Assembly: GCA_965202585.1 (NCBI GenBank)
Contig: OZ241826.1
Span: 28,520,001 to 28,584,000 of the forward strand
Origin: Thalia democratica
Lineage: Eukaryota
DNA length: 64,000 nt
Direction of reading: 5' to 3'
This document shows, one piece after another, positions 24,870 through 36,109 of the stretch. The translations under genes and the position numbers were made by a program. The first letter of the stretch is position 1. Every line of letters starts with the position of its first letter. The notes below the pieces were generated by a model. That model ran no database searches, was not told where the DNA came from, and saw nothing but the letters and a program-made list of their open reading frames with translations.

Positions 24870-27800
24870 CTGTAACAAAAAAGTTTATTATTTATAATTT
24901 AAAAACAGTTAAGTTAAAAGAATAAACTTTGAATTATTTATGTTTCTGAATTGTTCTATGTAGTAGCTTTTACCTCTATGATGGATGTATCCAAAATACC
25001 CAGTGCTCTGGCCAGCAACTTTTTGTCCTGTTTTCTCCACACGTTCAAGTTGTAGCAGTAAAGATACGAGTGAAGAACGAGCAACTGCCACTTTTGAAAC
25101 TCGTACTTTTTCTTTCTGTTATGATAACCATTTAGTTTTCTTTTCTACAATTACAATTCCTACATAAGAAACAGTTTTTAAATTTATATAAAAAATGCTG
25201 CTTAATCTGTCTTTGGTTATTGTAAGAGCTAATTAAAGTTTAAAACGATTTTCTTGTAAGTTTATTTCTCATTATAAAATTTTTGATTAAGTAATAATTA
25301 GTATATATAAATCTTTAAGACCTAATAAAAACACCTGAACTTGAGTTATAATATCTTACCCTCTACGAGCCTTTTTGAATTTTCTTCGTTCTTCTGTTGT
25401 ATCCTCGTTTTCACTGGTAAAGTCTTGTGGTGATTCTTGTTGGCTACAAGTTGAATCTTGTGGTGATTGTTGCTGGCTATAGACTGAATCTGGTGGTGAT
25501 TGCTGTTGCCTATAAGTTGGATCTTGTGGTGATTGCTGTTGTCCATAGGTTGGATCTTGTGGTGATTGCTGTTGTCCATAGGTTGGATCTTGTAGTGATT
25601 GTTGTTGTCTATGAGTTGAGTCTTGTAGTGATTTTTGTTTCCCATATGTTAAAATATGTGGTGATTGTTGTTGCCCATATGTTGGATCTTGTGGTGATGT
25701 TCGTTTCCCATAGGTTGAATCTTGTGGTGATTGCTGTTGTCCATAGGTTGGATCTTGTAGTGATTGTTGTTGTCTATGAGTTGAGTCTTGTAGTGATTTT
25801 TGTTTCCCATATGTTAGAATATGTGGTGATTGTTGTTGCCCATATGTTGGATCTTGTTGTGATGTTCGTTTCCCATAGGTTGAATCTTGTGGTGATTGCT
25901 GTTGCCCATATATAATGACTTGTGGTGATTGTTGTTGTCCATAAGTTGAGTCTTGTAGTGATTTTTGTTGCTCATATGTTAGAAAATGTGGTGATTGCTG
26001 TTGCCCATAAGTAGAATCTTGTGGTGTTTTTTGTTGCCCATAAGTTGGATCCTGTGGTGATTGCTGTTGCCCATAGGTCAATTCTTGTGGTGGTTTTTGA
26101 TGCCCATATGTTGGATCCTGTGGTGATTTTTGTTGCCTACAAGTTGGATCTATTGGTGTTTTCTGTTGCCCATAGTTTGAATCTTGTGGTGATTGTTGTT
26201 GTCCATAGGCTAGATTTTGTGGTGGTTGCTGTTGCCCATAGGAAGGTTCTTGTAGTGTTTTCTGTTGCCCATTAGTTGTATCTTGTGGTGATTGTTGTTG
26301 TACTTGTGGTGATTGTTTTTGTCCAAAGGTCAAGTTTAGTTGTATTTGGTGGTTTTGTTCATTGGTTAGTTGATCTGTATAGTTCAGTGTTTGTTGTACA
26401 CTACTACCTACCTGGGCCATCTGATCTAAACTTTCACTGCGCAACATTTCAGATAGTTCATTAAGAAAACTGCAGTTAGTCGAGTTGGAAATTTGGTTAA
26501 TATGTGCCATTTCATCATCACAGCACCTGTTTTCAAATGGCCGTTGTCCACTGGGCAGTGCTTGTTCTGATCTCTGATTTCCACTAAACTGTAACTGTGA
26601 TGTTATATGCTGTCCACATGAAATTGCATTTTCCGTCTCATTCGGTGTTTTTTGTGCACGATGTTCTGTTTCACTCTCATCAAGTTTACAATTAGACAGA
26701 AAGTCTGCGCATTCAGTCAATTCTTTAGCGGTATGTGCGTCCTTTTTTCCATAGATTAAAGCTTTTTCTGTCTCGTTCGATGTTTGTTTTCTCTTGTTTT
26801 CTTCCGGTTTTGACTCGTCAAATGTTTCACAGCTTTTCATTCCAGTTTTTTCACTATCAAGTGTGAAGTGTGCCACCCAAGACAGTTCGTTAAATTTTCT
26901 GCAGCTACTCACTTCAGCTTGTTTGTTAGAATCTTTATGGTTTTTAATCTGAAATGTCTCAATAAAACTACTAACGTTTTGAAATTTTGCACTTTCTGTC
27001 AATTGTGCGGTCATATGAATACTTTCCTGTACAATGGGCAGGGCTTGTTTTGATTTTTCATGTTTACTGGTTATTTCTTGTTCTATATGGTTTGGTATTT
27101 GTCGTTTAAGGTCAAAGTCAAAATCTTCAACACTACATTTTTTTAAAATGCTTGCATTCTCTGTAAGCGCAGTCGTATTATCATGTTTCTGTCCGTAGGC
27201 AAGGTTTTGTCGTGTCTCGTTCGATATTTCTGGTCCATGATTTGCTACCTGGGCTATACTGTCTAAATTTTCATCGTACAACATTTCAGACAGTTCACTA
27301 AAAAGACTAAAATTAGTCAAGTTAGACATTTGGTTTACAACTGTGGAACTATTCATCTGAAACGGTTGGTTAAAATCACCACAATTGGCCATTTGACTCG
27401 GTTCATTCAGTTGTCGACTGTTTGTTGAGCTGCATCGGCTGTTAAAATTCATATGGGTTGTTTTTTGAGTTGATCTAGTAGAATCTCTATTGCTTGTCGA
27501 TGTAATCGGGTTACTAAAATCCCCACAGATTATCTTGTTAGCCGGTTCGTTAAAGTATTCCCACGTCACCGCCTCAGTCGGTTGGTTAGAATCTTTAGAT
27601 TTTTCTTTGGAACGCCTACGTTTTAGAACTTTAGACGGCTCTTTAGAATTTTCCGTTTCGTATAAGTGTTTGAAACTTCCGTAGGTGTCCCTCTGGTCGA
27701 GCTCGTCAAAATTGCTGCAGTTTTCCTTGTCCGCACTCAGGTTTACCTTCACAAACTTCTCGGCATCCTAAAGTTTGTTCATGAGTTTTGTATATTAATT

Positions 27801-30128
27801 TTATTAGTAGTTACTTGTGCCATAGAGTTGTTGTGTATTCTAAACTTACGTGATCAATTAAGTAGTTTTTTTTTAACTTTTGTTTAACTAATTTAATCTG
27901 TTTAACTGTTTATGTAATTTATACACCATAAGTAAACCTTTTTTATTAGATTTATTTGTTTATGAATACAATTATAACTAAATATATGAATTTACACAAA
28001 TTGTACGTTTATTTTATTCATATTATTATAATATTATTCATCTTATAATAGTTTTTGCTAAAGTGAGTTTTGAAGATGGCCATGTATGTTTATTAAAATA
28101 ATTTTACCATTTTACTTTTTATTATTTATCATTATTTTTATCATTATAATTTATCATTATTTTACAAAGAATTTCACTTTTAAACTGACCTCATACACGA
28201 CTCTCCACTCCCCAGGAATAAATTCTTTTCCCAAATATTCCACGTAAACTTCGTACGGTGCTGTTAATTATTAAAAAATTAAAAACCTATAAAAAAAGAG
28301 GTTTTACATAAAATTATTTTATTAGTTTTTTATGTTTAATAAAGAAATTTTTAAACTGTTGGAGTTTCCTTGTAAAAATAAAAAAAAAGGTTATAAAAGG
28401 TTATTGTTTATAACATATGCAAAAGTATCCTAAGTAAAACACAACAAAGTTTATGTCAGTCGTGCTACTTACTTTTTTCTAAGTGGAAAATATGAAAAAT
28501 TAAGTAGTTTAATAATTTTATTGCAACACTGCAAAGGCTAAAAAGCAAAATGAGCTGGTGTATTTTATTAACCTTCTTTGGTTTGTCATACAGAATGCAC
28601 TTACTTAAATTTTTACAAAACTGTCATAAGTAAAATAAAACAAAGTTGTCATAAGTTTTTTTTAGTTTACTTTTTTTTGTCAAAGTAAAAAAAAATATCA
28701 AAAACTGTTATTCAATGAATTTTTATCAACACATATGCAGCTTAAAAGTAGGGGAGGTGTTATTTTTCAGGTAATTTTTAGTATAACACTTAAAAGTTCA
28801 TAATCTTTTCAAAATTTACATAACTGTCATAAATAGAACAACAAAAGTGTCTTAAGTTTTATTATTTTTAATTATTATACTCAGTGTTGAAAAAATTCAG
28901 AACTGTTATATTCATTTAATTTCACTTATACTACAGCGGATTAAACAAAACGGAGCTATAAAATTTCAGAATACATGAAGCTATAAAGTTTAAATTAGCT
29001 TAAAAATTTACAAAACTGTCCTAAATTAACAAAACTTCTTTTTCGCAAAATATTTTAGTTTAAAACTTAAATGAAATTAAAAACATGGAAAAATTAAAAA
29101 GTTTTGTTGGTGCTTAGTAATATAGAAGCTGCGGAGCTATAGTTTTACTTTTTAATTGCTAAAATTGCTGAAAATTCTTTGAAAATTGAATATTATTAAA
29201 ACTGTTGCAATAAATATCTAAAGATGTAAAATTTAAAAGCCCAGAAGTAATAAAATTTTTGTTTTTAAATTAATTACAAATTTTATATACTTAAAAGGTG
29301 TAAGAACAAGAATCACTACACTGATTTTTTCTTTTAGTAACTATTTTTTTTTTTAAACATGCTAAAACTTATTCAAAAAACTTAAATTAAAACACATACC
29401 TAAGGTAGCTATCAACGGGTAGTAAACTGTCCAAAATCTTTCAGTACCGTGTCTGTTTTTGTCTGAAAAGTTAAAACTTATAAAAATATTGTCAAAAAAA
29501 ATATGCAAAAAACTCATAATTTAAAATCAAAAAAATTAATTTAGTATATAAACTTATATATTACAGCAAAATTTTAAACTAATAGATTTTATACTTATTA
29601 ACTTATTTCACTTTGAAGTAGAATGATCTTGCAATTATTTATTACTAAACAGTCATAACAGTTGTAACTTACATCTTTCAAAGTTGATTCTTGCGCAGTT
29701 GTCAAGATCAAAGTCTTTATCTGTGTAAATAAAAAACAATTAATAAACTTTCTAATACGTTTAATTTGATTAAAATATTTTTTGACTAAGAGTACTATTT
29801 ACTAAACCTGAAGTTTTTATACCTTTATACTGGCTATTTGATTAAAAATTACCAACAAACCAAAATAAAATTACTAAAATCGAGTGCTTATTTAAAATAA
29901 GTTGTTTTTTAAATCAAGAAAATAAAACTGTTACTATTGCTAATCAAAACTAGATTTAAAACTAAACATCTAGAAACATCTACTTACTATGAACATAAAG
30001 CACATAAAAACGTATTAGATCTTAAGTTATATACTTGTTTAACGTTTGCACTTTTATCTTATAACAAAACCTATATTAACAAATATTAATTAAAAAACAA
30101 TTAATTCAAAACCTTTCTCACAATCCAT
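24747..30128 (-). CDS. Multi-exon atypical homeobox gene, ~968 aa if a 1-nt frameshift is corrected; possibly a recent pseudogene
   Basis: Seven exons with GT-AG introns. Phases match at every junction except exon 5/6. The joined translation begins MDYKDFDLDNCARINFERYKNRHGTERFWTVYYPLIATLAPYEVYVEYLGKEFIPGEWRVVYEDAEKFVKV and ends with a homeodomain. Confidence 0.75.
24974..25159 (-). CDS. Homeobox gene exon 6: homeodomain helices 1-2 and start of helix 3
   Basis: Acceptor ttcttatgtag, donor GAG|gtaaaa. Reads RKKKYEFQKWQLLVLHSYLYCYNLNVWRKQDKKLLARALGILDTSIIE and joins exon 7 in phase 0 across a 104-nt intron. Confidence 0.8.
25360..27767 (-). CDS. Homeobox gene exon 5: large low-complexity/repeat exon (the 798-aa ORF of the track)
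   Basis: Acceptor aaactttag|GAT and donor AGAGG|gtaaga overlapping the apparent stop. 2408 nt open. Basic NLS-like stretches KRRRSK and RRKFKKARR. Confidence 0.85.
25419..26243 (-). repeat. Coding 33-nt tandem repeat, 25 copies of (T)YGQQQSPQD(P/S)
   Basis: Counted from the ORF translation (aa 504-778). It includes a near-exact 165-nt five-unit duplication (25584-25913). Confidence 0.95.
28190..28260 (-). CDS. Homeobox gene exon 4 (71 nt)
   Basis: Acceptor ataattaacag, donor GAG|gtcagt. Reads PYEVYVEYLGKEFIPGEWRVVYE with a phase-0 join to exon 5. Confidence 0.75.
28540..29150 (+). repeat. Further degenerate units of the 430-bp family, inside a homeobox-gene intron
   Basis: ACAAAACTGTCATAAG at ~28614, ACATAACTGTCATAAA at ~28818, ACAAAACTGTCCTAAA at ~29010; GGAGCTAT at ~28952 and ~29133. 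Confidence 0.6.
29400..29462 (-). CDS. Homeobox gene exon 3 (63 nt, phase 1-1)
   Basis: Acceptor ttttaacttttcag, donor TAG|gtatgt. Reads (Y)KNRHGTERFWTVYYPLIATL(A). Confidence 0.7.
29673..29720 (-). CDS. Homeobox gene exon 2 (48 nt, phase 1-1)
   Basis: Acceptor ttttttatttacacag, donor GAT|gtaagt. Reads KDFDLDNCARINFER. Confidence 0.7.
30122..30128 (-). CDS. Tentative coding part of homeobox gene exon 1 (ATG GAT T)
   Basis: ATGGATT|gtgaga gives the required phase 1. An alternative is ATG at 30178 with the weaker donor T|gtaaaa at 30141. Confidence 0.4.
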
Positions 30129-32039
30129 AAAGCTGTTTTACAAACAAATGCTGAACTGACAAATTTCTCACACGACATAGAAAAGAAAAAATACTCTCTA
30201 CTTCTTAACTTTTCTCTCTTGTTACAAAAGCGATTATTCTCTCATTTTGAAATTAAAATGTTCACATACCTAATAATAAAAACCCAAAAAATTGTTGTTT
30301 AATAAAAAAATATTTTATTTTCAAATTAATATTTTTTTTATGTCAACTTCGCAATTTTGAAATACGAGGATCAAACAATAAAAAATTACTTTTTTATTTT
30401 AAAAATTACAACATTAGTATCCTGTTGTATTTATACTTCTTCAATGTTATTGTTGAAAGCATAGAAAAAGTTTCAATAGTTTAGTTGTAAAAAGCAACAT
30501 TGAAACAAAGGCTTGGACACTTTTGAAGATGATTTTAAAAATTCTTAAGTGATATAATTAAGATATATGCAATATGTTTAAAGTTTAAGAAAGTATAGTT
30601 TTAAAACAAACTTCAAACATATAAAACACAAACAAAAAAGCTATTACTTGTACAGTTTTTGCTTTCAAATCAAAGATATGTTTCAAAATAGAAAATATCT
30701 ATACGTTCAAAATTTATACTAAAATTTTTCTTAGCATTAAAACCTTGGTTGACAAAAACAAACCCTAAAATATGTAGCTTTAAAACAAATAGTAACTAAC
30801 GTTCTATTTATTTTAAAAGTTAACGAAACCAAACTTTTTGAGCATAAATTAAAGTTTTTCTCAGATTTGATCGCTTAAATTTAACAAACTTTGTTTATAT
30901 AAAAAAAAACGTCAACTTTTTCGTTTTTAAAATTATCAAGCATTTGTTGGTAAGATGTCACTTAGTTGTTTATTTTCGCAATGAAACTTTATTAATTTTG
31001 ATTTCACTTTTGTTCTTTTCTTAAAGTTTTTAAGTTAATGTAAAAAAGTGTCAAAAGTTTAGTATTAATTCCTTTTTACAATAAACAACAACAATAATTA
31101 ACTAGGGTTTTTGATTAATAAATTAAGTTTTCATAATTTTTTTTAAAGCAGTAGTATTTCATGTTAATATAAATTTGTATTCCTAAAGTTACAAAAGTTT
31201 CTTAAGTATAAAGCTACAGAACATACGCAAGTTTTAAAACATCTTTGCTATAATTAGAAAAGGAAAAAGTTGTATCAAAAAATATATTTACAGTCAGCTT
31301 AAAACAGATTACATGTAATGGAGCTGCTGTATTTCAAAATTTTATTATAACTTTTATTATATAACAGTAAAGCGCTACGTACTAAAGCTGATAAACTAGG
31401 ATAAAAGGGGTTTAAATTTTTTTAAGCTTAATTTTTTGTTTGTCATATATTTTACAGATTTTTAACTTAAGCTTCCGATAAAAATAAACTATATATTTGT
31501 TTTAAATAAAACTATTTTTTAAAGCTCTACAACAAACTTACTTTATATGAAACATAGTTAATGCATGTATACCTTCAATCTATTACTTGAAATACATATG
31601 TTATTTTAAAGTATTAATCAAAAAAAAAAAAAAAACATTTTCAGTGATTTTTACAGGTTTTATAATTTTTAAGCACGAAGTTCATTTAATACATTGACTT
31701 GTGTTTAAAAATTTGAACTTTTTTAACACTGAAAATGGAATTTGTACAAGTAGTTGAAATTGAAAACTGTAAAGAAATATCGACTAAAGTTTTCAAGCAT
31801 TTTTTAAACTGTTGTTTTAAAGTGAGGTAGGATCGTTTCAGTTTGATTTACAAAAAATTATTACTAAACCAATTGATTTTGAAAGAAACGAATTCAGTCT
31901 AGTGTAAGTTTCATAATTATTCAACGCATACCGAAGTTTATATCGTTTATTGGCTGCACTTTTCACCTTCGCGGCAGTTTTCTCAAAGTTTACCGACCCC
32001 TGATCTATCAGCATCCCAGTTTTATTTAAACAACAAAAA

Positions 32040-33400
32040 TTAACTAATAATCCAACTAGATATGAAAGAGCTTTTAAATGACACCAGAGTATCTAATGCA
32101 AGTTTCGTTTTCTTTGGACCCTGCATTTTATGGGCCTTCATGACAGTCTCGTCACTGTTTGATGACCCCTGATCGAGTTTGAGTTAAAATTTTGGCCTAG
32201 TGAGCCGATTTCACATGCTTGTGGGCTGTAGCTTTGCCATTCACATGCCTCATTCAACTAATTTTACCAAACACAAGCATGTCGGCCATTTTCACTCCAT
32301 GCCACCCACCAGTGTTTCAAGAAAGCATTTCGTTTTTACAGTTTTTTCTATTTTTTTAAGGAGTATGGTGTGCTACAAGCTATTGATTTTAATAAAGAAA
32401 ACAAACTAAAACACGCTTGAATAAAGAGCTAAAAATATTGATTTTTAACTGTGACATGTATGTTACCCATCCCTATTCTAAAGTACATATGCCAGATTCT
32501 TTTCGCCCCATTGCTTAACCTTATTTGAATTAAAATAGCATTTAAAGTAAAAAAGAGTTGTGTTCTGTATACAAAGCTGTTTGTTTTAAAAGTTCTAGTA
32601 ACTCTATGCTTAAGTGTCTTTTGTACTTGAAAAGTTAGTTAAAGCTTGTTTAACTTCTTGGTAATACTATTTAATTTCTTGTTTTTTCAAAGCTTGTGGT
32701 AAATAAAAATGTTAAGTGTATGCTAGATACAATATATACTGTTTAAAATAAATGGTAATGGTTGTAACACGAATTCGGCAAAGTAACTTGTACTTTACGA
32801 AACTGAAATAAAAATTTACTTTTAATAAATTCTTTATTATACAGGTATTATTGTTAAACCTCACAAGTTCGGAGATCTATTATTTTATATTGTATTAATT
32901 TTAATACATTTTATGTTTTTTAACGTTTCATAAACTTGTGTACAAAATTTGCTAAGTAAGGAAATAAGCGGCAACTAAAACTGTATCGATTTAAGTTATA
33001 AAAATAATGAAATTGATGTCATTTTTATAAACAAGACTGCAAAGTTCTAAGAGATTGATCGACTAAAATAATATAAAAACAGTTTATCAAATTGAGGAAT
33101 ATAAAAAACAATTTTCTTAAGTTTTAAAAAACAAATTTTTATGTACAATTTTAAAGTTCTATAGAAGTTTGTTTAGAGAAACTAATTTAATTTATTTTTT
33201 CTTGTTAATTAATTAATCATTATAATTTTTATGAATCTTAAAATTACGAAGTATAATAGTATTTTTATCAGTACGGATATAATTTGTAACCCATTAAACT
33301 TATTCGTTTAAAATGTTAGATTTTTTTTTGTTCATTAGGTCCTGGGACCATGTCATTTATAAAATAGTCAATCATAGGTCTTAATTATTGTTTATTAAAC
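32040..33400. repeat. Segment duplicated at ~35110-36200; its left part is also related to 49160-49520
   Basis: Shared ATGCCACCCACCAGTGTTTCAAGA, GTTACCCA..CCCTATTCTAAAGTAC and CGAATTCGGCAAA. Minus frame PKKTKLALDTL versus PKKMKLTLDAL. Confidence 0.75.
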
Positions 33401-33426
33401 TAGAAAAAAAACTCTTAAAACAGTTA

Positions 33427-34200
33427 ATCCTAGGACTTAATGTACGAAAAAAATTCTGGTTATCGAGCTGTATACGTCTTGTCCAGGACATGGCATTATA
33501 AAAACATTTTGTTAATATGATGACTGTTAAGAATGTAGTTTTAGTCTTCTTTGTAACCTTACTAAAACACAACTTCATCTAAAGTTAAAACCCTTTGTTG
33601 TTTTTAAAAAATATTTAGAAAAGTCTATGTTATTATATGCATACTGTGTCCCCAGAAGAAAGACGTAAATAAGCGAGAGGTAGCAATTATTCCTATTATA
33701 TTGGCTGCTTTCTTACAATGCATTTTAAAGAATACAGCTTGGGGACTTTTCTAACCTTTTTTTTACAAAAACAGTTTTAGTTTAAGTTTTAGAACTGTTT
33801 AGCAAGTTTTTTAATAATTTTTTTTATATGTAAACAAAGTATTTGTATACTTTGTTTCTTACCCACCTAAAGTTTAAACTTGTCTTGCACGATATTAGAG
33901 AAAGATCTATCTCAAATACTATGCTAGACAAGTTTAATCTTAGGTGGGCAAGAAAAAAGATAGCTAAAAATAAGAGGCTTATAGAGTTCAAATTAAACGT
34001 TAAGCCATGAATATTGAGCAGGAATTAAGCATTGTATCTTGTCTGATAGTAAAAGAGGGGCTAAGACACCTTAAAAATAATAAGCAAAACTATACTGTTT
34101 AATAATTTTCTTATGAAAGGCACAAACTTAAAATGCCCAAATATTAATTTTATGTTAAAACTATATCCTCCCTTTTACAAAAAAATGTTAATTCTAAAAC
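33427..34200 (+). pseudogene. Decayed gene family copy 1 (others at ~42930-43420 and ~46815-47620)
   Basis: Conserved plus frame AAFLQCILKNTAWGLF...LVLHDIRERSISNT...WARKKIAKNKRLIEFK, versus LVLFGIKEISFSNT...WARNKIANNKRLIELK and LVLHGIRERSISNT in the other copies. Confidence 0.55.
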
Positions 34201-34379
34201 TAAATATAAATAAGTATTTAGAATTATATATAAAAACTAAACATACCTTTTCGTTTATTTACAAAACTAAACATTTTTTGACACGCTAACAAATTCTTTC
34301 AAACATTATAAATAAGACTCAATTTTTCAGAACAATATATATTTCATGCTTTTTTCGTCAGCTGTATACTAAGCAATAA

Positions 34380-35065
34380 AAATTCTACCCATGGTGAACT
34401 CTGCTCAACATAAATTGGCAAAATTTCTTAATGACCAACTTTATCCGGTATTGTAACATATCTCCTCCTATATGTAAAAAGACTTATTTTCTTTTCCTGA
34501 TCAAATAAAAAGGATTAATTCAAAGAATACTTTTATGGCATCCTTTGATGTCAAGAGTTTATTCACAAGTGTACCACTAGATGAAGTATTGAATATTTGT
34601 CTTAATACTTTGTACAGACTTGAGACACCCAGTATAAGCTAAAATATTTTTCGTAAACTTTTAAGTTATCAACTAGTGGTGTAAAATTTGCAATTAATTC
34701 ACAAATGTATTTCCAACATGATGGAATAGGCATTAGGGCCAACTTTGTCAAATATATTCATGGGCTTTATAGAAAGAAAGGTGATCTCTAAGTACAAGGT
34801 AACTTATTATAGATATGTCGACGATTGTTCCGTGCTAGGAAAAGATGAGGAAGAGATTGATGAACTCTTTAGTGTGTTGAACAAAAGACATTCTTCAATA
34901 AAATTCACATTAGAAAAGGAAAACAACGATGATTTGCCTTTTCTTGACGTTTTATTTAAATGACACAAAAACCAATTTTTGGAATCTGTTTATATATAAA
35001 AAACTTTTACTGGGAACTGTTTAATCTTTCATTCATTCTGTAGCATTAAGAGAAAGACAAATTAA
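34380..35065 (+). mobile_element. Truncated, frameshifted Penelope-like element reverse transcriptase fragment
   Basis: SAQHKLAKFL, MASFDVKSLFTSVPLDE, LGPTLSNIFM, YYRYVDD and IKFTLEKENNDDLPFLDV form the motif set typical of PLE-type RTs. Stops and a deletion of the MGSP motif are present. Confidence 0.85.
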
Positions 35066-36109
35066 AAATTAAAGAACTACAAATTGTTAAATATTTTTAC
35101 TCTGTTCGTAGCATGCCACCCACCAGTGTTTCAAGACAGCATTTTGTTTTCAGAGTTTTTTATATTTTCTAGTAGAACAAGGAGCTTCAAGCTTTTGATC
35201 AAAATAAAATAAACTAAATAGCACGCTTGAGTAAACATCCTAAGTTATTGAACTTTTTTTTTTGACCTGAACGTTACCCACCCTATTCTAAAGTACGATT
35301 GGCAAGTTGTTTTTACCCCTTAACTTAAGGTTAATTGAATGAGCATAACAGTTTAAGTAAAGAGAATAATATAAAGTATTTAAAGTTTTTCATTAAAAAT
35401 TTAGTAACCCTAGGCTGAAGTGTCTTTTGTATTTAAAAAGTTATTTATAGCGTTTTTAACTTCTTATTAATACTAAAAAAAATCTTTTTTCATTAACCAT
35501 GTGGTAAATAAAAGTGTTCAGTATAACTGGTTATATTATTTACAGTTTAATATGGAAGGTAATGTTTGGTACGCGAATTCGGCAAAAGTAACTAGCTTTT
35601 TACAAAACTATCATAAAAGTTTACTTTTTTATATTTTTTTGCAAAAAAATAGAATACAACAAAATTTTATAATATTTTGTTCAACAGGTATCATCGTAAA
35701 AACTTATAAGCATCGTAGCTCTCTTATTACAGTACTTTTTGTAGGAATTCTGCTTTTTAATACAATTCATATGTTTGTGTACAAAAGTTGCTCTGGTCCG
35801 GAAGAAAGCAACAACTTAAACTTTATTTACTTGAACTCTAGGCTAGAATCTGAAATTATATCGAAACTGATGTCTTTTTTTAAACAAGACTACTAATCTT
35901 GAAGACTTTGATCTACTAAAAGAATAAAATACAGTTAAATCAAGTTAAGGGTTATAAAATACAAGTTGCTTAAGATTTAAAAATAAATTGAAGGTAAAAG
36001 TTTGTTTAAATTTGTTTGTAATGTTTAAATATTCAGATTTCTTGTTATTTAATTAATAAATATAGTTTTTATGAACTTTTCAGTTACAAGACATAATAAT
36101 ATTTTAGTC

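Noticed and set aside
24909-25167. Track ORFs 24909-25091 (-) and 24985-25167 (+)
   Set aside because: Wrong frame or strand. The third minus frame carries the homeodomain.
25419-26243. 33-nt periodic repeat as a possible CRISPR array
   Set aside because: The units are contiguous with no unique spacers and are in frame within a eukaryotic exon.
25427-26464. Val-rich plus-strand ORFs (162, 84 and 62 aa) and the 99-aa minus alternative frame at 25346-25645
   Set aside because: They are antisense or alternative-frame shadows of the 33-nt coding repeat.
27768-27782. ATG AAC AAA CTT TAG read as a start codon followed by a premature stop
   Set aside because: The TAG is better explained as the splice acceptor of exon 5, because an in-phase upstream exon exists at 28190-28260.
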